Sequence record: SRR20825006_999
Direction: 5' to 3' (one strand)
DNA: 64,000 bases
Shown here: positions 46,615-55,624 of the stretch, one piece after another
How the letters are laid out: each line of letters opens with the position of its first letter
How positions within the stretch are numbered: the stretch's first letter is position 1
Translations under genes and position numbers: made by a program
The notes under the pieces: generated by a model
Told to the model about the DNA's origin: nothing
The model's input: only the letters and a program-made list of their open reading frames with translations
The model's database searches: none

Positions 46615-49098
46615 ATGTCGAAAATCAAAAGCTTTTATTCGTTAATAAGCTGGAAATACTTTGTTTTATGCTATTTATTTCTATTAGCTGGATCTTTCTT
46701 TTATAACTCGTTGCCAGAGAAAGAGAATTCACTAGAGTATATATCTAAATTTAACTCGTTCAATATTCAGCAACCATTAGTCTTACTTATTCCTGATAAG
46801 CAAAATAGTTCGGATTTAAGAAATTTAGATACTTATCTAAGTACAAACTTTAACCTTTTTATTCTCGATTATTCAGAATTCTATAAAAATGAGAATAATG
46901 AAAATCGATTTAAAGCAGTTGATAATGCACAGCAACTAATTCAGAAGTTAGAAGATTTAAACTCTCAAGAGGTTCATATTGTAGCACAAGGTTTTGGAGC
47001 CATAATTGCAGCTAAAGCATTTTCGCTTAACCCAAATACTTTTTCATCCATTACATTCATTAATTCTTCTGGTTTACAGGAGTTTGAACTTTTGGGAGGT
47101 CACACTATGAATAAAGCAGTCTATGGCGCTCAAACAGGATTATGGTGGGGAATAGAGTATCTAATACCGCACTTTGGCTTATTAAATTCAGTTCATTCAA
47201 ACTATCATTTAAATCGTGCTAATTACGAGACAGATAGAAGAGATCTAAGAGGGATAATGAATAAGATTGATATCCCAACTTTTATTGAGCAAAAAACGAA
47301 TAGAAAATTCGAAACTTTTGGAGTTTCAAAAGAAATCGAACGCCTAGTTCCGCAAAGTATTTTTAAAGAATATGATGTTTCTGAAATAGGATATGAAGAG
47401 TCTCAGAAAGCTATTTTATCATTTATTGAGTCTGTGGAAAATGGATTATCTATAGAGCCTTCAACTGAAAGACTAGCTTTATCACAACTTGCATTTGAAT
47501 ATAAAAATGTAATTAAAGCGGAAGGGTGGATGCTAATTGGGCTGATGGCTTTAATTGTATTCTCTACATTTTTCTCAGAAGATTTAGCTTGTATTGGAGC
47601 TGGGTTAATGGTCGCTCGTGGACTCATGGGATTTTGGCCTGCAATGCTAGCAGGTCTATTCGGTATATTAATTGGTGATACTTTTATTTATTTGGCAGGC
47701 AGGTGGTTAGGAAAGTCAGCTGTTTCAAGGAAACCATTTAGTTGGTTTATAAATGAACAAGATTTAGAGCGTTCTTACCATTGGTTTGAAGCAAAAGGTC
47801 CTATTATAATTTTAGCTTGTAGATTCATACCTGGTACTCGGTTCCCAACGTATTTTAGTGCAGGTGTAATTGGGTCAAGCTTCTTAATGTTCTTTTCATA
47901 CTTTGGTTTGTCTTCTATAATTTGGACCCCCTTGATTGTAGGTCTCTCTGTAGCCTTAGGCCAACAAATGATGGACTACTTTACGTTATTCCAAGAATAT
48001 GCTCTTTGGGGTTTAATTGGATTTGTAATTACCACATACTTATTTATTAAGCTCATTGTACCATTATTTACTTATCGTGGAAGAAGAATACTCAAAGGGA
48101 AATTTACTCGAAAGTTGAACTGGAAGACTTGGCCAACGTATATATTATATTCACCTGTAGTTATTTGTCTCATCAAAGTTTGGTTTAAGTATCGAAGCAT
48201 CTCAGTATTTACTGCAGCAAATGCTCATATAGACGAAGGGGAATCGATGTCTAAAACACTCTCTCAAATTACTGAGAATGCATCTATTGCTCCTTATATT
48301 GTGCTAAGTAATGAATCCGATCTCGAAAAAAATCTGGTGCTTTGTGATTCTTTTATCGAAAACGAATCTATTGGTTATCCGGTTGTTCTAAAACCAGACT
48401 CTGGAAAACATGGAGGAAGTGTAAAAATTATTCAGAGCAGAGAGTTTTTACTTAAAGAGCTTAAAGATTTATCTGAGAAATACATCCTTCAGAAGTTTAT
48501 AACTGGTCAAGAATTTGCAATATTTTATTATCGCTATCCCAATGAAGAGCGTGGGAACATATTTTCCATTACAAAGAAAAAATTATTGTTTCTCATAGGG
48601 GATGGCGAACAAACAATTGAGGAACTTATCTTAAATGATGAGAGAGCGATTTGTTTAGCAGATATACATTTAGAGAAATTCGTACATGAGTTATATGATG
48701 TTCCTGAGAAAGGAGAGTCTGTTCCATTAGTTGAGTTAGCTTTGTACTCTAAAGGAGCTCTGTATTTGGATGCAGATGAGCTTAAAACGCCCGAGCTCAT
48801 ATCAATCATAGATCGTATAGGCAAAAGCTTAAAAGGGTTTCATATTGGACAATTCGATATAAGAGTTCCAAGTCCTGAGCATTTGAGGCGTGGGGAAGAT
48901 ATTAGCGTAATTGCATTGGATGGTGTTATTTCCACATCATCGAATGTCTTTGATCCTAAGTATAACTTCAGTTTGGCAATCAAAATTCTACTCAAACAAT
49001 GGAATATTGCTTATAAAATAGGTTCCATTAATGCTGATAGAGGTGTTAAGCCAATAGGAGTATTAAGCTTAATCAAATGTTTAATTGCCCGTCGCTAG
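46615..49098 (+). CDS. Fusion protein: alpha/beta-hydrolase-like + DedA/VTT membrane domain + ATP-grasp-like domain
   Basis: N-terminal anchor; hydrolase fold 'VHIVAQGFGA'; DedA 'SEDL', 'GDTFIYLAGRW', 'RFIPGTR'; ATP-grasp-like 'YPVVLKPDSG..GGSV', 'YILQKFI', 'GQFDIR'. Confidence 0.75.
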   Translation: MSKIKSFYSLISWKYFVLCYLFLLAGSFFYNSLPEKENSLEYISKFNSFNIQQPLVLLIPDKQNSSDLRNLDTYLSTNFNLFILDYSEFYKNENNENRFKAVDNAQQLIQKLEDLNSQEVHIVAQGFGAIIAAKAFSLNPNTFSSITFINSSGLQEFELLGGHTMNKAVYGAQTGLWWGIEYLIPHFGLLNSVHSNYHLNRANYETDRRDLRGIMNKIDIPTFIEQKTNRKFETFGVSKEIERLVPQSIFKEYDVSEIGYEESQKAILSFIESVENGLSIEPSTERLALSQLAFEYKNVIKAEGWMLIGLMALIVFSTFFSEDLACIGAGLMVARGLMGFWPAMLAGLFGILIGDTFIYLAGRWLGKSAVSRKPFSWFINEQDLERSYHWFEAKGPIIILACRFIPGTRFPTYFSAGVIGSSFLMFFSYFGLSSIIWTPLIVGLSVALGQQMMDYFTLFQEYALWGLIGFVITTYLFIKLIVPLFTYRGRRILKGKFTRKLNWKTWPTYILYSPVVICLIKVWFKYRSISVFTAANAHIDEGESMSKTLSQITENASIAPYIVLSNESDLEKNLVLCDSFIENESIGYPVVLKPDSGKHGGSVKIIQSREFLLKELKDLSEKYILQKFITGQEFAIFYYRYPNEERGNIFSITKKKLLFLIGDGEQTIEELILNDERAICLADIHLEKFVHELYDVPEKGESVPLVELALYSKGALYLDADELKTPELISIIDRIGKSLKGFHIGQFDIRVPSPEHLRRGEDISVIALDGVISTSSNVFDPKYNFSLAIKILLKQWNIAYKIGSINADRGVKPIGVLSLIKCLIARR

Positions 49099-49571
49099 CG
49101 TCTTTTGGATTGAAAAAAATCTTTGAGTAAAAACTCACAGTCAATTTCTAGTATCCCCTGAATGACACTGACCTGATGATTAAGCTCTTTGTTCGCTGAA
49201 ATATTGAATAGTGAACCACAACCTCCAGATTTTGGATCAGTCGCACCAAATACAACCGTATCTATTTTACTCCATACTAAAGCACCAGAGCACATAGCAC
49301 AAGGCTCTAGCGTAACATAGAGTGTACAGCCAGATAAATACTTCTGGCCCAAAGTTTCACACGCGGCAGATATAGCTATCATTTCAGCGTGAGCGGTAGG
49401 ATCTTTTAGTGTCTCAACCTCATTATAGCCTTTTCCTATAATTTGTTGATCTTTAACAACGAGAGCACCTATTGGGACTTCACCTTTACGTTTGGCTTCT
49501 TCAGCTAAGAGCAATGCTTTCTGCATAAATTGTTGATGAGGTCGCCATAATGTAGGTTTGGTTTTTTCCAT
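49095..49571 (-). CDS. tadA: tRNA adenosine(34) deaminase
   Basis: 'GEVPIGA', 'DPTAHAEM', '[14 protein letters not shown]', 'DPKSG'. Confidence 0.9.
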   Translation of the reverse strand: MEKTKPTLWRPHQQFMQKALLLAEEAKRKGEVPIGALVVKDQQIIGKGYNEVETLKDPTAHAEMIAISAACETLGQKYLSGCTLYVTLEPCAMCSGALVWSKIDTVVFGATDPKSGGCGSLFNISANKELNHQVSVIQGILEIDCEFLLKDFFQSKRR

Positions 49572-49618
49572 GTACTTGGTTTGTTTATCTTCTTTTTTTA
49601 AAGTTAAATCTATTGATA

Positions 49619-50158
49619 ATGCCGATCGAAAAAGACAATATTTCTGAATTTATATTGAGTAAAATCCGAACAATTCCAGATTTCCCAAAACCAGGAATTC
49701 AATTTAAAGATATAACTACATTACTTGCCGACAAAGAGGCGTTAAAATTAACTACTCAAACACTTACTAAACCCTTTCTTGACAAGAAAATAGATGTTGT
49801 TGTTGGCTTAGAGTCTCGTGGTTTTCTTTTCGGAACTAATATAGCAGAGCTTTTAGAAGCATCTTTTGTTCCAGTAAGAAAACCAGGAAAACTTCCGTCA
49901 GAAGTTATTTCTGAGAGCTATGCTCTCGAGTATGGAACGGATAGTGTGGAAATGCATGTAGATGCTATTAAAAAAGGTGATAGAGTTTTAATTCATGATG
50001 ATTTAATTGCTACCGGTGGGACAGCCTCCGCCGCTACTCGACTTGTAGAACGACTTGGTGGTGAAGTAGTGGGCTATTCATTTATAATTGAACTCGGATT
50101 TCTCAATGGCAGAGAAAATCTGAATGATTCATTTATCGATAGTATTATCGTTCTTTAG
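49619..50158 (+). CDS. apt: Adenine phosphoribosyltransferase
   Basis: '[14 protein letters not shown]', 'ESRGF', 'RKPGKLP', 'YALEYG', PRPP loop '[11 protein letters not shown]'. Confidence 0.96.
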   Translation: MPIEKDNISEFILSKIRTIPDFPKPGIQFKDITTLLADKEALKLTTQTLTKPFLDKKIDVVVGLESRGFLFGTNIAELLEASFVPVRKPGKLPSEVISESYALEYGTDSVEMHVDAIKKGDRVLIHDDLIATGGTASAATRLVERLGGEVVGYSFIIELGFLNGRENLNDSFIDSIIVL

Positions 50159-50174
50159 AAGGAACAAAGCATTC

Positions 50175-50221
50175 ATCTCCTGATATAATTGTTGAAACGC
50201 TCACCAATCATATCAGGAGAT
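50175..50221 (+). promoter_or_regulatory. Long hairpin sequestering the RBS of the downstream gene
   Basis: 50175-50195 pairs with 50201-50221 at 19 of 21 positions; the 3' arm contains AGGAG (50215-50219), 6 nt before ATG 50226. Confidence 0.65.
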
Positions 50222-50225
50222 AATC

Positions 50226-50705
50226 ATGCTAAAAATATCACACTTCCGGCTTTTACTTACTTTTACCACAATTTTTATTGTGGGTACTTCTTGCAAAACA
50301 TTTGTCGTTAAAGACGTCAACTATTCTCAACAAGTAGAAAGTGTACTTACACCAAACTCAAATGGTGAAGTTCATGATAGTAGATACTCACTATCATTCA
50401 ATATTCTTCCATTCCAATTTCAAGAGACAAAAGACTCTTCATCTGTTTCTGTAGATGAAGTACGAATTATCCGAAATTCGGAAGGATTTTACTTTATTAC
50501 TGCCGATGGCTTTTCTAACGTTTATGTAATGGAACCCATTAAAAACGGCTTAAAACTGAAAAAGAAGATTCATATTTCTGAGCAGGGACTAATTGCACCG
50601 GCCTTCAATTTAAGGTCACCATATGTGCAACTGATTGATAAAGAGACATTACAGTCATTCAGTTTAAATGAAAAAGGTATTCAAAATAAGGAGCAAAAGT
50701 CATGA
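50226..50705 (+). CDS. Hypothetical lipoprotein
   Basis: Lipobox-like 'VGTSC', RBS AGGAG, beta-rich body. Confidence 0.75.
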   Translation: MLKISHFRLLLTFTTIFIVGTSCKTFVVKDVNYSQQVESVLTPNSNGEVHDSRYSLSFNILPFQFQETKDSSSVSVDEVRIIRNSEGFYFITADGFSNVYVMEPIKNGLKLKKKIHISEQGLIAPAFNLRSPYVQLIDKETLQSFSLNEKGIQNKEQKS

Positions 50706-51928
50706 AAGGTTTCGTTAATACACTACTAGTTACGTTAATTGCCGTAATATCTACGTATTCAGTCTCTGCACAACAATCAGATTATGAAGTTAAAAAAGAG
50801 TTCGAATCTAGATACACATCCTTAGAGACAACCATCACAAAAGCTAATAGCGTAAACAGAATTGATAGCATTCTTTTAGCTATTGATGATTTGGCATTGG
50901 ATAATATTGAGCATGAAGAATTGTTGGACTTTGCCCTTTATCCTGAATCTTATGCTTCAGCAATTTCAAAATTAAAAAGTGATGCGAGAACTACTGAGTA
51001 CAAATTATTGATTATTGAGAATCAGACTGAGCGATTAACCATGCTCTCAGATGAATTAGGCAATTATAAACAAGAGATTTCAAATCTTGTTAAAAGGAGC
51101 GATTCTCTACGAATAGCGATAGCGAGCTCACAAGAAAGTGAGAGAAAGCTATCTGAATTGGTACGCAATTATAGAAAAAGTGTGGAGCAAAGAGATGAAT
51201 TCATCTTTGACATAGTTGATTCACTATTTATTACATACAAAGAGTTAAACCCGAATGCAGTAAAAGAATTAGCTCGTCAGAACAATGACAGATCTCTATC
51301 TAATACTGATAATCCTCTTTCTATGATAAGTTCAATTGTTGATCAAAATATTGAGACTCTTAAAGTAAACGACAAGTCTCTATCTACTGAAGATTACCTT
51401 AGAATGTATGCGTTGCAAAAAAAGGTAGATAATGTTTGGAAACAGATAGGTGATGAACTTGTAATTATATATGGTGGCAATAATAAGAATAAGTGGCAGC
51501 ATGGAATTAGCGCAGACATTGAAGAATGGAAAGCTAGTGCATCTTATGCCATGTGGAGTTCTTTAGATAATTATCTGGATTACCAAGATATTAACCTTGA
51601 TGCATTTGATAACAACCAAAGTTTTTTTGCAGCATTAGATAGTTTTGTAACAAAGGCGACGGTTACTAGCGATGGAAATATTCTTAAACAAGATAGTTAC
51701 CATGATTTCAAAGTATTTAAAACGCTCTGGTCTAAAAAAATCATGAATGATTGGAATAAGTATTTAGTTGAGGCCGATGTACTTACCACCGTTCAAATGG
51801 CTAGTATCGACTCAAAAGTTGATGAGTGGGGAGAAAAGTCTAGACCTCTTTCTTTTGGATACTTTGTACTTTTTGGTGTGGGATTAATCGCATTAATCGG
51901 TTTTATTGTAGCCCAAGTTAAGCGTTAG
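50702..51928 (+). CDS. Hypothetical exported coiled-coil protein with C-terminal membrane anchor
   Basis: Signal peptide 'VSA-QQ', long heptad region, C-terminal TM + KR; ATGA overlap with the upstream gene. Confidence 0.75.
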   Translation: MKGFVNTLLVTLIAVISTYSVSAQQSDYEVKKEFESRYTSLETTITKANSVNRIDSILLAIDDLALDNIEHEELLDFALYPESYASAISKLKSDARTTEYKLLIIENQTERLTMLSDELGNYKQEISNLVKRSDSLRIAIASSQESERKLSELVRNYRKSVEQRDEFIFDIVDSLFITYKELNPNAVKELARQNNDRSLSNTDNPLSMISSIVDQNIETLKVNDKSLSTEDYLRMYALQKKVDNVWKQIGDELVIIYGGNNKNKWQHGISADIEEWKASASYAMWSSLDNYLDYQDINLDAFDNNQSFFAALDSFVTKATVTSDGNILKQDSYHDFKVFKTLWSKKIMNDWNKYLVEADVLTTVQMASIDSKVDEWGEKSRPLSFGYFVLFGVGLIALIGFIVAQVKR

Positions 51929-51946
51929 ATTTATCTAGTTCTGGTT

Positions 51947-51981
51947 AAAAAAAGGTTGACGTAAATGGTCAGCCTTTTTTT
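51947..51981 (+). terminator. Intrinsic terminator
   Basis: A7-GGTTGAC-gtaaatg-GTCAGCC-T7. Confidence 0.85.
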
Positions 51982-52014
51982 ATATTCTATGAATGGAACA
52001 AATCTAATTTATAT

Positions 52015-52539
52015 ATGAAAAAATCAATACTTCTATTATTACTAGCGCTTACGTTCACTCTTGATGTATTTTCCCAAGAAGAGGTTAAAAGTTCTACAAC
52101 TTTAATATTTGTACGACATGCCGAAAAAGTAGATGATGGAACTCGTGACCCAGCACTATCTCCTGAGGGTGAAGTTAGAGCAATACTCCTTAGAGATATT
52201 CTTTCTTCTGAGTATGAAGAGATCAATGCTATATTTAGTACTCCGTATAAAAGAACTCAGTTTACAGCAAAACCATCTTCTGAGTATTATGAAGTTGATG
52301 TTGAAGAGTATGGGCTAAAAGATCCTAAAGCTTTAATAAACTCAATTCTTGAAAAATACTCAGGACAAACGGTTCTTATTGTAGGTCATTCAAACACTAC
52401 GCCTATGTTAGTAAATGTAGTTCTAGGTGAAGAGAAATTTCCGCAACTTGATGAAAGCGTATACAACCAGATATATATTCTTCAAGCTACTGAAGTTGGT
52501 GAAGCAACTATTGAAGTTAAAACTTATGACACCAAATAA
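52015..52539 (+). CDS. Exported histidine phosphatase (phosphoglycerate mutase/SixA-like)
   Basis: Signal peptide, 'FVRHAEK', 'LSPEG..RA', 'STPYKRT..TA', 'VGHSNT'. Confidence 0.88.
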   Translation: MKKSILLLLLALTFTLDVFSQEEVKSSTTLIFVRHAEKVDDGTRDPALSPEGEVRAILLRDILSSEYEEINAIFSTPYKRTQFTAKPSSEYYEVDVEEYGLKDPKALINSILEKYSGQTVLIVGHSNTTPMLVNVVLGEEKFPQLDESVYNQIYILQATEVGEATIEVKTYDTK

Positions 52540-52542
52540 GAT

Positions 52543-54627
52543 CTAAGGAAGTGAAAACCTCTTTCTAAACATCCATTCACTAGCTAAAAGAATCAGGACT
52601 AGTATAAACCAGAAAACATACTTAACTGGGAATAAATATGATTCCTCAACACTAGTTGTGGTTCCAAGTAGGTTCTGATTCTTTAAATCATCCCAAATTG
52701 AAAAATCGTCATCGAATGGATGAAATAAGCCATTCGACCTTTCAGATATTCCCCTAAGGATTTCATCATTCCTAGTGGTATTTGCAAGTTCAGAGCTTGA
52801 CTCGATAACTAGAAACGCTCCTTGTTGAGATTCGATAGATCTACCTTCTTTTATTGCAGTTGCTTCGTAATTGTATTTCCCGCTTGGCAAAGCTGGCAGG
52901 TTGAGTTTGTACAATCCATTCCCAATATTACTAAGAGTATATGTTTTAGTAGTAGCTTCTTCCGAATCTAAAGTGAGGTTAATTGTAGCATTGGATTCTA
53001 TGGATCCATTTTCATTAATTAAACTAGCGTTGATTATTGGATTCTCAACCACTGTATAGGTATTGTTGGAAGTTCCAATTTTAAGAAGTCTATTGTCAGG
53101 GTCTGTGGCAGTCCAACTAACAATGTTATTGATTAAAACTGTTACAAATTCGCGTTCATTCGAATTATTACTCAAAAACATTTTATACCAGCCAAAAGCA
53201 TGCAACTCACTTCTTCGAATATTACCGCGTTCAATTAAAGAGAGGAGGGGTGAGCTTAAATTGACACCTTGAAGCTGAGCAGATATTAATGTTGTAGCAT
53301 CAGGTTTGGATAACTTAGTTCGCGTACGAGTATAGACAGGTGCTAAGCGTGTGAAATCAACTTCCTCAATATTATCTAGAATTGGATGGTTTCTGTTTTC
53401 TCCAATAAAATACAGATTTGCTTTTATAAGTTGCTGCGAGAGATCTTCTACAAGCACAAACGAAGTGTTATAATCAATCTTAGAAGTATGTGGGAGATTT
53501 ATAAATAAAGTAGGGAGGGTATCAATATCTAAGCCTAAATTAGTAAAAATTGTTGGAGAAGGGAATCCGTGAATAATTACTAAATCAAAATTGGTGGCAT
53601 CTGTTATTGAGGAAGTTGATTTTCCTAAAAAATCATAACTGGTTAGCTCAAAATTTTCATCTGCAGCTAGAATTGAGCGAATGGTCTTTATATCTGGATG
53701 GACGGAGTTAGCTATGTGTAAAATGCGAGTTTTACTATCCAGTACGTCTATTGAAAAACTAGTTTTGTTGTTTGATGTAATCCATTCTCCTTCAATAGGT
53801 TCAATAACTACTATATATTGATTTAAACCTGGTTCATTTAGACTTAATTCGAAAGTTACAGATTCAATTTCTTTCTTTGAACTCAACACTAATTCTCTTG
53901 TTTGTAGTTCGATATCGTCCTTGAACAAAGAAATCGAAATCGTTTTTCCTTCAAAGCCATATTGTGATAAATCTATCGTGGCAACATGTTTGGTATTTGA
54001 AAAGCCTGTAGAGTTGGTAGTTACATTTAATAGTGCGAGGTCTCTAACTTTTGTGGTATCACCAATGCCAATCGTATAAATTGGAATTGGTGAGTTTCGA
54101 GCTTCTATAACCGGATTCTTTCCATACGTAATGATTCCATCAGATATTATAACCGCACTATTATATGCTTCTAAAGAATTTATATAGCTTACAACCTCTG
54201 AAAGGTTAGTAGCTGGTTTATTAAGAGCTAATGAGTCTCTTTTTATAGGTTCTATATTACTAGAAAAACCGAAATAATTAAGAGATACACTACTAGGTTT
54301 ACGACGTTCAATATTATTTAGAAGTTTTAAATAACTTTCTGAGCCAGCATATTCACCTTTTGTTATAGAAGTGCTCTCTGAGTCATCAAGGAAAAATGCA
54401 ATATTTGAAGGTTTTTCTATTGTTTTCTCAGTTTTAAAAAAAGGATTTAAAAACAAAAAATAAAGAATCAGAAGTGCTGAAGCGCGTAAACTAGAAAGAA
54501 AGAATTTAGATAAACCCGAAATGGTATCGTAGCCACGATAAGATAACCAAGACAATAGAAGTAGGAGTGCTACTACTATAACTGTAATAATTACAGGAAG
54601 ATTATTCTGAAAGCCCTGGAAATCCAC
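52543..54627 (-). CDS. Membrane-anchored VWA-domain protein (probable MoxR partner)
   Basis: Two N-terminal TM helices, MIDAS-like 'LDDSES', 'IISDG', 'IYTIGIG', C-terminal 'LASEWMFRKR'. Confidence 0.78.
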   Translation of the reverse strand: MDFQGFQNNLPVIITVIVVALLLLLSWLSYRGYDTISGLSKFFLSSLRASALLILYFLFLNPFFKTEKTIEKPSNIAFFLDDSESTSITKGEYAGSESYLKLLNNIERRKPSSVSLNYFGFSSNIEPIKRDSLALNKPATNLSEVVSYINSLEAYNSAVIISDGIITYGKNPVIEARNSPIPIYTIGIGDTTKVRDLALLNVTTNSTGFSNTKHVATIDLSQYGFEGKTISISLFKDDIELQTRELVLSSKKEIESVTFELSLNEPGLNQYIVVIEPIEGEWITSNNKTSFSIDVLDSKTRILHIANSVHPDIKTIRSILAADENFELTSYDFLGKSTSSITDATNFDLVIIHGFPSPTIFTNLGLDIDTLPTLFINLPHTSKIDYNTSFVLVEDLSQQLIKANLYFIGENRNHPILDNIEEVDFTRLAPVYTRTRTKLSKPDATTLISAQLQGVNLSSPLLSLIERGNIRRSELHAFGWYKMFLSNNSNEREFVTVLINNIVSWTATDPDNRLLKIGTSNNTYTVVENPIINASLINENGSIESNATINLTLDSEEATTKTYTLSNIGNGLYKLNLPALPSGKYNYEATAIKEGRSIESQQGAFLVIESSSELANTTRNDEILRGISERSNGLFHPFDDDFSIWDDLKNQNLLGTTTSVEESYLFPVKYVFWFILVLILLASEWMFRKRFSLP

Positions 54628-54628
54628 C

Positions 54629-55621
54629 TCAATTCAAATTTTCTATAATCATCTCGATTAACTTAACAGTAGTATAACCTTCAGCCTCAGCAGCATAATT
54701 GTTTACGATTCTGTGCCGTAAAACCGGAATTGCTAATGCGTTAATATCATCAATTGTAACATTAAACCTTCCTTGAGATAGCGCACGAGCTTTTCCTCCA
54801 AGTATAAGGTATTGTGAAGCACGAGGACCAGCGCCCCAGCTTAAATACTTTTTTGAAAAATCAGGAGTAAATTCAGAATTTGGTCGCGTGGATGAAACCA
54901 ATTTAATGGTGTAATCAAGCACAGTTTCTGGAACGGGAACTTCTCTAACTAATTCCTGAAACTGTTCGATTTTCGCCTTGTCAATTTGTGAAGAGAGCGT
55001 AACCTTAGAAGTTGATGTTGTTTTACTTACAATTTCTTTCTCCTCATCAAAAGAAGGGTAGTCGACCCATACATTAAACATAAAACGGTCTAGCTGAGCT
55101 TCTGGCAGAGGATAAGTGCCTTCTTGTTCAATTGGGTTTTGAGTTGCCAATACAAAGAAAGGAGTGTCTAAGTCGTATGTTTCACCTGCAGTAGTAACAT
55201 GATATTCTTGCATACCTTCAAGCAACGCAGCCTGTGTTTTAGGTGGGGTTCTATTAATTTCATCCGCTAATACAATATTCGCGAAAATCGGACCTTTTAT
55301 AAATTTAAATCCTTTATGTCCAGTTTCTTTATTCTCTTCAATAATCTCGGTACCAGTAATGTCCCCAGGCATAAGATCGGGAGTAAACTGAATACGGCTA
55401 AAAGAAAGACCTAGAGTTTGAGCTAATGTTTTGATGAGCAATGTTTTAGCTAAACCTGGAACACCTACTAACACACAGTGACCTTTAGAAAATAAGCTTA
55501 TAAGCAATAAGTCAATGATATCTTCTTGACCTATTACAACTTTGTGAATTTCTGCTTTTATAGACTCGAAAGAAGATTTAAACTCTTTAGCTAAAGCTAC
55601 TGTACCAACCGTATTCGACAT
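54629..55621 (-). CDS. MoxR-family AAA+ ATPase
   Basis: 'GVPGLAKT', 'RIQFTPDLMPGD', 'LADEINRTPPKTQAALLE', 'ATQNPIEQEGTYPLPEAQLDRF'. Confidence 0.95.
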   Translation of the reverse strand: MSNTVGTVALAKEFKSSFESIKAEIHKVVIGQEDIIDLLLISLFSKGHCVLVGVPGLAKTLLIKTLAQTLGLSFSRIQFTPDLMPGDITGTEIIEENKETGHKGFKFIKGPIFANIVLADEINRTPPKTQAALLEGMQEYHVTTAGETYDLDTPFFVLATQNPIEQEGTYPLPEAQLDRFMFNVWVDYPSFDEEKEIVSKTTSTSKVTLSSQIDKAKIEQFQELVREVPVPETVLDYTIKLVSSTRPNSEFTPDFSKKYLSWGAGPRASQYLILGGKARALSQGRFNVTIDDINALAIPVLRHRIVNNYAAEAEGYTTVKLIEMIIENLN

Positions 55622-55624
55622 AAT

